From positions 68,029 to 132,028 of the forward strand of contig DAOWKC010000002.1 in assembly GCA_030640025.1 (NCBI GenBank): a stretch of DNA of 64,000 nt, written 5' to 3'. Every line of letters starts with the position of its first letter. Position 1 is the stretch's first letter. The position numbers were made by a program, and so were the translations under genes. The DNA comes from Candidatus Woesearchaeota archaeon. Its GTDB lineage: Archaea; Nanobdellota; Nanobdellia; Woesearchaeales; JAGLXL01. The notes beneath the pieces are model-generated. The model saw only the letters and a list, made by a program, of their open reading frames with translations. It had not been told where the DNA came from and made no database searches. Shown here piece after piece: positions 56,774 through 64,000 of the stretch.

Positions 56774-59700
56774 ATGGAAGCAAGCCCTGAGATGGATAAA
56801 TATTTTGAAGGAATAGAGAAAGAAACCTTAAGAGTTCACGAGGTCGCTGAAAAAGCCAGAAAAATAAATTTAGACCCAGAGGATAAGGTTGATATTCCCC
56901 TGGCCAAAAATATGGCAGAAAGAGTCGAGGGTTTGATTTCTTCTGTAGCTCCTAAATTAAGGGGTTCAGGCATGACCCAACGAATCAGAGAGTTAGAAGA
57001 AGAATTTGGTTTGTTGGATTGGAGAGTTGGTTTGAAAATTGCCGAGGAAGTTGCCAAGGAAAAGTTTTGTCAATTTGAGAATAAAGTAGAAGCAATGGAG
57101 GTGGGCATCAGAGTAGGTTTTGCTTATTTGACTTTGGGAATTGTTTCTGCGCCATTAGAAGGTTTTGTGGGTTTGAAGATTAAAAAAAGACAAGATGGTG
57201 GGGAATATTTTTCAGTTAGTTATGCAGGCCCGGTTAGGGGAGCTGGCGGAACAGCAGCAGCAACTTCAGTAATCTTATCTGATTATGTCAGGAGAGTAAT
57301 GGGCTATCAGCTTTATGATCCAAGTGAAGAAGAAGTTAATCGTTATGTAACTGAGATAAGGGATTATCATGAGAGGGTAACTAATCTACAATATTATCCT
57401 TCTGAAGAAGAATTGAGATTTTTAGCTAACCATATTCCAGTAGAAATTAACGGTGACCCAACTGAAAAATTTGAAGTTTCAAATTACAAAGATTTGCCTC
57501 GGGTGGAGACAAACAGAATTAGGGGAGGACTTTGTTTAGTCATGGCAGAAGGAGTAGCTCAGAAAGCACCTAAACTTTGGAAGAGATTAGGTAAGTGGGG
57601 GGATGAATTGGGTTTAGATTGGGGTTTTTTAAAAGAATTTTTAGATTTACAGAAGAGTGTTAAGGCCAGGAAGGAGAAAAAAATTGAAGGAAAAGGAATC
57701 CGGCCAAATTACACTTTTATTGCGGATTTGGTGGCAGGGAGGCCGATATTGACACATCCTTTGCGTCATGGTGGTTTTAGACTGAGATATGGAAGAGCCA
57801 GGGTTTCTGGTTTTTCAGCAACTTGTTTGCATCCAATGACTTTGTTTGTTTTGAATAAATATATTGCAATTGGAACCCAATTAAAGGTAGAGAGGCCGGG
57901 CAAGGCAACAGTTATTACTATCTGTGATTCAATTGAAGGGCCAATTGTGAAATTAAAAAATGGCTCTGTTTTGCGGTTAGCCGGGTTGGTGGAGTCAAAG
58001 GACATTTTAGAACAAATTGAAGAAATTATTTATTTGGGTGATATTTTGATTTCTTATGGTGATTTTTCTGAAAATGGCCATAAATTAGTGCCAGCTGGTT
58101 ATTGCGAGGAATGGTGGATTCAAGAGCTGGAAAAAGCAATGGTGGAAACTTTTGGCAGTATTGATATAGAGAAATTATCAGAGATGGTAGGTGTTGAGAA
58201 AGAGGAATTGGAGAAAATATGGGATGATTCGATGTTGCGGCCTAAATGGGGGGTGGCTTTGAAGATTTCAAAGGAAATGAAGGTTCCTTTATATCCTGGC
58301 TACACTTATTTTTGGCAGGCAGTTAATTTAGAGGAATTTAAAGAATTTTTAAATTGGATAATCAATGCAGAGGTAGAGAAGGGAGATGAGGGGGTGGTAA
58401 AGTTAATCTTGCCTTTGAAAGATTCTTCTTCGGCTAAGAGAGTTCTGGAGTTAATTGGAGTAGCTCATGTGGTGGCTGGCAATGAATATGTGGTAGTGGA
58501 GAAAGGAGAGGCTCAGGCTCTTTATAGTATTTTAGGATTAAATGATGTTGATGTGATTAAGGAAAAAGTAGAAGGCAGCAGCGATGTTTTAGAGGCAGTC
58601 AATAACTTGTCTGGATTAGTGGTGAGAGACAAAGGCGGGACTTTTATTGGAGCAAGGATGGGGAGGCCTGAGAAAAGCAAGATGAGAAAATTAGTGGGTA
58701 GCCCTCAAGTTTTGTTTCCAGTGGGCCAGGAGGGGGATCGGCTGCGGTCTTTTCAATCTGCTTTAGAGGCAGGCAAAATCAGAGCCGACTTTCCTTTGTT
58801 TTTTTGTGAAAAGTGCCAGAAAAAGACTATTTATCCTTCTTGTGAAATTTGCAATGGAAAAAATAAAGAGGTTTATTTTTGCAGAGTTTGCGGTGAAACC
58901 GACAAAAAAGAGTGTAAGCACGGCGAAGATAAGGAATTTAAGAAAAATGAGAGATTCAAAAAAGATGATTTAGATATCAAATATTATTTTGATAAGGCCT
59001 TGGCGAAGCTGGAGATGAGGACTTATCCTGATTTGATTAAAGGTGTCAGAGGAACATCCAATAAAGACCATGTCATTGAAAATTTAGTTAAAGGGATTTT
59101 AAGAGCCAAACATGATATTTATGTCAACAAAGACGGGACAACCAGGTATGACATGACAGAGCTGCCGTTGACTCATTTTAAACCAGTTGAGATAGGAACT
59201 TCAGTTGAAAAGTTGAAGGAACTGGGTTATGAAAAAGATATCAAGGGGAGGGAATTGGTTGATGGAGAACAGGTAGTGGAAATTAAACCCCAAGATATTA
59301 TTTTGCCCGGAGTAACTTCTTTAGATGAATCGGCTAAGAAGGTTTTGTTTAGAGTAAGTAAATTTATTGATGATTTATTAGAAGGATTATATGGTTTAGA
59401 GCCCTTTTATAATTTGGAGAGGGAGGATGATTTAGTGGGTCATGTGGTAGTAGGGTTGGCACCACATATTTCGGCTGGTTTGATGGGAAGGATAATTGGA
59501 TTTTCTTCTGCTCAAGGTTGTTATGCCCATCCTCTTTGGCATGCTGGTTTACGCCGGGATTGTGATGGCGATGAAAATTGTGTAATCTTGTTGCTAGATT
59601 GTTTTTTGAATTTTTCCAGACAGTTTTTGCCAGATATGAGGGGTTCAAGGACAATGGACAGTCCTTTGGTTTTGACGTCCCGTTTGATTCCTTCTGAAGT

Positions 59701-60310
59701 TGATGACCAAGCCCATGGTTTGGATATTGTTTGGAGTTATCCTTTGGAATTGTATGAAGGGGCTTTGGAATTCAAGAATCCTTGGGATATTTCAGTTGAG
59801 CAGATTAAGAATCGACTGGGAGATGAGAAGCAATATGAGAAAATGGGTTTTACTCATCAAACTACTAATATCAACTCAGGTGTGGTTTGTTCTGCTTATA
59901 AAACAATCCCAACCATGGAAGACAAATTAAAAGGGCAAATGGAATTAGCTCGGCGAATTCGGGCAGTGGAAACAAATGATGTGGCTCGTTTGGTGATTGA
60001 AAAACATTTTTTAAAAGATATTAAAGGGAATTTACGTAAGTTTAGTATGCAGCAATTTAGATGTGTGAAATGTAATGAGAAATTCAGGAGGCCGCCATTA
60101 TCAGGGGTTTGTAGGTGTGGGGGAAAGATTTTGTTTACAATTTCAGAAGGCTCGATTGTGAAATATTTAGAGCCGAGTTTGTCGTTGGCGCGTCAATTTG
60201 AAGTGGGACCTTATTTGCGGCAGACTCTGGATTTGTTGAAATCCAGGATTGAAGGTTTGTTTGGCAAGGATAAGGAAAGGCAAGAGACGATGGGTGCTTG
60301 GTTTGGTTGA
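56774..60310 (+). CDS. polC: DNA polymerase D large subunit DP2
   Basis: GPVRGAGGT, RMGRPEK, RRDCDGDE, Zn fingers, PIP-like QETMGAWF. Confidence 0.98.
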   Translation: MEASPEMDKYFEGIEKETLRVHEVAEKARKINLDPEDKVDIPLAKNMAERVEGLISSVAPKLRGSGMTQRIRELEEEFGLLDWRVGLKIAEEVAKEKFCQFENKVEAMEVGIRVGFAYLTLGIVSAPLEGFVGLKIKKRQDGGEYFSVSYAGPVRGAGGTAAATSVILSDYVRRVMGYQLYDPSEEEVNRYVTEIRDYHERVTNLQYYPSEEELRFLANHIPVEINGDPTEKFEVSNYKDLPRVETNRIRGGLCLVMAEGVAQKAPKLWKRLGKWGDELGLDWGFLKEFLDLQKSVKARKEKKIEGKGIRPNYTFIADLVAGRPILTHPLRHGGFRLRYGRARVSGFSATCLHPMTLFVLNKYIAIGTQLKVERPGKATVITICDSIEGPIVKLKNGSVLRLAGLVESKDILEQIEEIIYLGDILISYGDFSENGHKLVPAGYCEEWWIQELEKAMVETFGSIDIEKLSEMVGVEKEELEKIWDDSMLRPKWGVALKISKEMKVPLYPGYTYFWQAVNLEEFKEFLNWIINAEVEKGDEGVVKLILPLKDSSSAKRVLELIGVAHVVAGNEYVVVEKGEAQALYSILGLNDVDVIKEKVEGSSDVLEAVNNLSGLVVRDKGGTFIGARMGRPEKSKMRKLVGSPQVLFPVGQEGDRLRSFQSALEAGKIRADFPLFFCEKCQKKTIYPSCEICNGKNKEVYFCRVCGETDKKECKHGEDKEFKKNERFKKDDLDIKYYFDKALAKLEMRTYPDLIKGVRGTSNKDHVIENLVKGILRAKHDIYVNKDGTTRYDMTELPLTHFKPVEIGTSVEKLKELGYEKDIKGRELVDGEQVVEIKPQDIILPGVTSLDESAKKVLFRVSKFIDDLLEGLYGLEPFYNLEREDDLVGHVVVGLAPHISAGLMGRIIGFSSAQGCYAHPLWHAGLRRDCDGDENCVILLLDCFLNFSRQFLPDMRGSRTMDSPLVLTSRLIPSEVDDQAHGLDIVWSYPLELYEGALEFKNPWDISVEQIKNRLGDEKQYEKMGFTHQTTNINSGVVCSAYKTIPTMEDKLKGQMELARRIRAVETNDVARLVIEKHFLKDIKGNLRKFSMQQFRCVKCNEKFRRPPLSGVCRCGGKILFTISEGSIVKYLEPSLSLARQFEVGPYLRQTLDLLKSRIEGLFGKDKERQETMGAWFG

Positions 60311-60616
60311 TTATTCTCCTCTAACTAAAAGAATTTGAGCATGAGGAATGTTTTGGATTCTGATGATGTGTTTTTCTTCAGCAAGGTTAAGTTTTTTCAT
60401 GAGTTTGAGGCTCTGTTCACCAACGAGGTTGATGATGTAAACACCTTTGATTAATTTTTTGATTTCCTGTTCGGTGGCTTCTTCTCCTTGGTAGAAATCA
60501 GTGGTTAAGTCGAGTTGTTTGTTGCCTTCTTCAAATTTTTTTCCGAGAAGTTCTTGGTCACAAAGAGCAAGTATTTTTTGGCCTTCTGAATTTCGATGAA
60601 CTTTGGCAAGAATCAT
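60311..60616 (-). CDS. DUF424 family protein
   Basis: LALCDQELLGK..FYQGE..INLVGE..IPHAQ. Confidence 0.88.
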   Translation of the reverse strand: MILAKVHRNSEGQKILALCDQELLGKKFEEGNKQLDLTTDFYQGEEATEQEIKKLIKGVYIINLVGEQSLKLMKKLNLAEEKHIIRIQNIPHAQILLVRGE

Positions 60617-60617
60617 T

Positions 60618-61025
60618 TTAAATGTTTTTGATAATATGTTCTGCTCCGCAAGCCTGACATTTGAGATACTGAGCATCTTTTTTGGAAATGATTTTAGTAT
60701 CTGGTTTGCCGCATTCATGGCAGAGAACAAATTCAGAAGCATATTGCTTGATTTTTTTATTGATTAAAGAAGCAGGAACTTTAGTGCCGAGAATAAGGCG
60801 GTCGCCAACATATTTACCCGGAGTGGCCAGTTCTCTGAGAATATATTTGAGCATATGTTCAGGATCACGGTTAAGATTTTTAGCAATTTTTTTGAAATTT
60901 CCTAAAATAGTTTTATTGCCTTCGATATGGCCTTTGATTTTTTCTATTTGAAACCTTTCTGAACTGCCGACTGTTTCAGGCAGCTCAGATTGAGCCTTTT
61001 TCAAGAGTTGTTTGTAATCCTTCAT
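60618..61025 (-). CDS. eif2b: translation initiation factor 2 beta subunit
   Basis: ERF, LRELAT, CHECGKPDT, CQACGA. Confidence 0.96.
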   Translation of the reverse strand: MKDYKQLLKKAQSELPETVGSSERFQIEKIKGHIEGNKTILGNFKKIAKNLNRDPEHMLKYILRELATPGKYVGDRLILGTKVPASLINKKIKQYASEFVLCHECGKPDTKIISKKDAQYLKCQACGAEHIIKNI

Positions 61026-61120
61026 ATTAGTGTTTGAGAAAGCGGTTATTTAAAAAGATTTCTTATTTTTAGGTTAAAATTTCCGTAACTTTTATAAAAA
61101 TATGAAGAATAATTTAACTT

Positions 61121-61969
61121 ATGGTTTTAGAATCTTTACTTAATCCTTTTAAAGCAAAAAAGAAGCCGTGGGAGACATTTGTCGCAGGAGCCCTTTATGC
61201 CACGATTGCTTTGTTTTTGTCATTTTGGGTTTTTCAAGAGTATTCCAGCTTAATTATGGTTTTTTTGATTACTCTAGCTTGTGTGCCTTTTCTTTATTTT
61301 ACTATAAAAACAGAAGAAGAATTGGGAGCCACAACAATAAGCAATGTAAGGTTATTGCGGGAACACGGCAAGGTTTTTTTGTTTTTGATTTTGTTGTTCT
61401 TAGGTTTTTCTTTGACATTAACTTTTTGGTATGTTTTTTTACCTGAAAAAATGGTGGCGATTTTGTTTTCTTCTCAATCACAAACAATTGTTAATATTAA
61501 TAACCAGATTTCTGGAAATCTAGCTAATTTTGATGTGTTTCTTAAGATTTTATTGAACAATGTGAGAGTTTTGATCTTTTGTATTTTATTTGCTTTTTTA
61601 TACGGGGTAGGAGCAATTTTTATCTTAACTTGGAATGCTTCAGTAATAGCAGCAGCTATGGGAAATTTTATTAGAAAAAACTTGGCTCATTATGCAACCA
61701 GCGCCGGTTTTGGAAAAGTAGCCGGTTATTTCCATATTTTTTCGATTGGTTTATTGAGATATTCTTTACATGGTATACCTGAGATACTGGCTTATTTTGT
61801 AGGCGGCCTGGCTGGGGGGATTATATCAGTGGCAGTGATCAAAAAAGATTTTTTAGGTGAGAAAAGAGAGCGAATTATTTTTGATTCTTCTGAATTAATT
61901 TTAATTGCCTTGGGGATATTATTTGTGGCAGCATTACTGGAAGTTTATGTAACTCCTTTTTTATTCTGA
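61121..61969 (+). CDS. SpoIIM/DUF95 family membrane protein
   Basis: ILLNN, WNASVI, HGIPEI, AALLEVYV. Confidence 0.88.
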   Translation: MVLESLLNPFKAKKKPWETFVAGALYATIALFLSFWVFQEYSSLIMVFLITLACVPFLYFTIKTEEELGATTISNVRLLREHGKVFLFLILLFLGFSLTLTFWYVFLPEKMVAILFSSQSQTIVNINNQISGNLANFDVFLKILLNNVRVLIFCILFAFLYGVGAIFILTWNASVIAAAMGNFIRKNLAHYATSAGFGKVAGYFHIFSIGLLRYSLHGIPEILAYFVGGLAGGIISVAVIKKDFLGEKRERIIFDSSELILIALGILFVAALLEVYVTPFLF

Positions 61970-62014
61970 GAAAAGAATACTTTTATTTTGAGGTTTGGGT
62001 ATTCTTTTCTGGAC

Positions 62015-62061
62015 GACCTACTCCTAATTAGATACCCTAACATTTATGTTGGGAGTAGGTC
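62015..62061. terminator. strong stem between convergent genes
   Basis: GACCTACTCCTAA...TTGGGAGTAGGTC. Confidence 0.45.
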
Positions 62062-62731
62062 ATTTTAGAATTTTAATTTTGCCGGGAGTGATTTCAAAGA
62101 TTTCTCCTTCTTTGAGAAGGCTTTCAACTAATTCTTCACAGTTAGGAAGAGTAGATTGTTTAATTAAGTCATCAACATTAACACCCTCGCCTTGATCTAG
62201 TTTTTTGATTAAGTTAAGAAGATTTTCATAAGGGGCGAGAGGGGTTTCTTCTGGAGAAGTCTTTGACTTCTCTAGACCCTCATCACTTTCGCTCTGAGGT
62301 TCAATTTTTTCCTCTGTGACTTTTGCTTGTTGGGGTTGGGATTTTTGGAATTCTATTTTTCTGACCTGAATCCACTTGGGGTTTTTTATTTTTTTAATAA
62401 TTTCTGGCATGAGATATTTTTCTTGATTGAATTCTCTGATTTTGGCGATGACGAGGATAATATCGCCGATTTCAGGCAGCGGGGTTTTGAGAGGTTCAAA
62501 GATTCTAGCAGTAATCTGGCCAGTGCCATCATCTAAGAGAAGGTTGGTGGATTGTTCTTGAGTTTGGCTGATGAGAGTGGCAATGAGATTAACTCTGGAA
62601 ACTTTTTGATTATTTTGCGTGAGAAGATAATTAGGATTCCAGCCTTCTTGTTGGTGATAAGTACCTTGAAGAATATCCTTAATTTGAATTTTATGAGCTA
62701 TTTGACGTTTTTGGGATTCTTGGTTTTCCAT
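62060..62731 (-). CDS. RPA2-like OB-fold plus C-terminal winged-helix protein
   Basis: RVNLIATL, LDDGTG, LLKEGEIFE..PG. Confidence 0.85.
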   Translation of the reverse strand: MENQESQKRQIAHKIQIKDILQGTYHQQEGWNPNYLLTQNNQKVSRVNLIATLISQTQEQSTNLLLDDGTGQITARIFEPLKTPLPEIGDIILVIAKIREFNQEKYLMPEIIKKIKNPKWIQVRKIEFQKSQPQQAKVTEEKIEPQSESDEGLEKSKTSPEETPLAPYENLLNLIKKLDQGEGVNVDDLIKQSTLPNCEELVESLLKEGEIFEITPGKIKILK

Positions 62732-62847
62732 AGAATTTTGAGGGATTTAGTGATTTATATAATTTTATGTGGTGGGGGATAATTAATGATGTTAAGGCTA
62801 ATAATAAAAAGAATAATATAGAAACCGTCCCGAAAGAGGAAGAGTGC

Positions 62848-64000
62848 TCAAATCTTTTGGACGAATGATCTCCGTGGCTCGAATAAATCACCCGACCTTT
62901 TCAGTTTTTCGATTGTTTCTTCTACTTCATCTTCTTGCAATCCTTGTTCACGAGCAGCCTCGACAATATCATTGATAGGGATGGTTTTACCAATTCTGTT
63001 TTCCAAGTCGCTGATGATTTCCTTGACAACCCCAATTTTATTCCTTTGTTTAGCACTAATACCTGAGCCGATTAAGTCAATGTCAATCTGGCCGGTTTCC
63101 TGATCTTTGGCAACCTGGCCAAGACAGAATTCGAGGAGTTCGATAGCTCGGCGGGCATCTTTTCGAGTGACTTTATCTGAGAACCTGAGTTTAGCTGAGC
63201 CTTCAGAGAGCCTGGTGAGGGCTTCTAATTGACGAGCAGTAATGGGAATAGTGCGGACGCCTTCTTCTTGTTCGCCGCGATTACGCATTTCAACATAATA
63301 GTCTTTAATTTCGTTGAAGGCTTGATCAGTGATTTTGGGCTGAATTTTTTGGCGGGCATAAGCAATATATTTTCTTAATAATTGAGTTGGGATTTCACCT
63401 TCTCCCTGATCTGGTTTTTGGTGAAGACCAAGAATGTGTTTAGCCAGGGCCTCATCTCTTGTTCGATCAGGTAAATCTTTGATTGCGAAAATTAAATCAA
63501 AACGATTGATTAAAGTAACGGGGAGTTCAATTTGTTTGACAAGATTATCATAAAGGTCAAAACGCCCAAATTTAGGATTAGCAGCTGCTAAGACGGTTGT
63601 TTCTGCTCTGAGAGTAGCCTGGATGTTGGCTTTGGAAATAGATACAGATTGCTGCTCTAAGGCTTCGTGCATGGCACCGCTGTCTTCTTTAGACATTTTA
63701 TCTAATTCGTCGATCATAACAAAACCTTTGTTAGCAAGAACAAGAGCGCCTGCTTCTAAAGACCAACCACCAAGAAATTCATCACGGACAACTGCAGCAG
63801 TAAGGCCGGCTCCAGAAACGCCTTTGCCAGTAACATAACGGGCTTTAGGTGCGACTAGAACTGCTCTTTTAAGTAACTGTGATTTACCAGATCCCGGATC
63901 ACCAATCAAAAGAATGTGCATGTCTCCTCTACTGACTACACCATCTGGTCGCTGTTTACGTACGCCTCCGGCAAGCTGAAGAAGGAGCGCTTCTTTGATT
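62848..64000 (-). CDS. mcm: replicative helicase MCM (C-terminal part; continues beyond window)
   Basis: GDPGSGKS, EAGALVLA, IDELDKM, AAANP, TARQLE. Confidence 0.97.
   Translation of the reverse strand, partial: IKEALLLQLAGGVRKQRPDGVVSRGDMHILLIGDPGSGKSQLLKRAVLVAPKARYVTGKGVSGAGLTAAVVRDEFLGGWSLEAGALVLANKGFVMIDELDKMSKEDSGAMHEALEQQSVSISKANIQATLRAETTVLAAANPKFGRFDLYDNLVKQIELPVTLINRFDLIFAIKDLPDRTRDEALAKHILGLHQKPDQGEGEIPTQLLRKYIAYARQKIQPKITDQAFNEIKDYYVEMRNRGEQEEGVRTIPITARQLEALTRLSEGSAKLRFSDKVTRKDARRAIELLEFCLGQVAKDQETGQIDIDLIGSGISAKQRNKIGVVKEIISDLENRIGKTIPINDIVEAAREQGLQEDEVEETIEKLKRSGDLFEPRRSFVQKI

Noticed and set aside
60617-60742. N-terminal extension of the DUF424 ORF
   Set aside because: Overlaps aIF2-beta; the true start is 60616.
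56774-64000. Inteins in DP2 or the visible part of MCM
   Set aside because: Motifs are contiguous; no C...HN insertion.
1-64000. Stop-codon recoding or alternative genetic code
   Set aside because: Conserved genes are full length under code 11, and TAA, TGA and TAG all terminate genes.

Overview
Core-genome window of an AT-rich archaeon, most likely DPANN Woesearchaeales. This is inferred from the PolD, Orc1/Cdc6 and aIF set, a uS14 with the TTSDYKK N-extension, a tandem Lrp, a bacterial-type GyrA, and loss of adk/cmk from the ribosomal cluster. Contents: gyrA (5' truncated), RNase P RNA, a tRNA-His with two BHB introns (15/16 and 37/38), the large uL3-to-eL14 ribosomal/secY cluster, pheST, acs, pelota, a five-gene surface-protein cluster (one class III signal protein, one membrane protein, three paralogous lipoproteins), an intein-containing RFC small subunit, endA, fen1, trm5, a candidate C/D-box sRNA, pan, tyrS, rnz, hjc, tfe, cdc6-polD1-polD2, aIF2-beta, an RPA-like gene and mcm (partial). 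The most striking unannotated signal is a dispersed family of short serial-hairpin micro-insertions. They share near-identical modules, sit at stop/start junctions (two with ~12-bp duplications of the host gene end, several bringing their own SD), and are also translated in frame as new C-terminal tails of uL22, uS3, uL15 and possibly uL29. No transposase or CRISPR array is present in the window.
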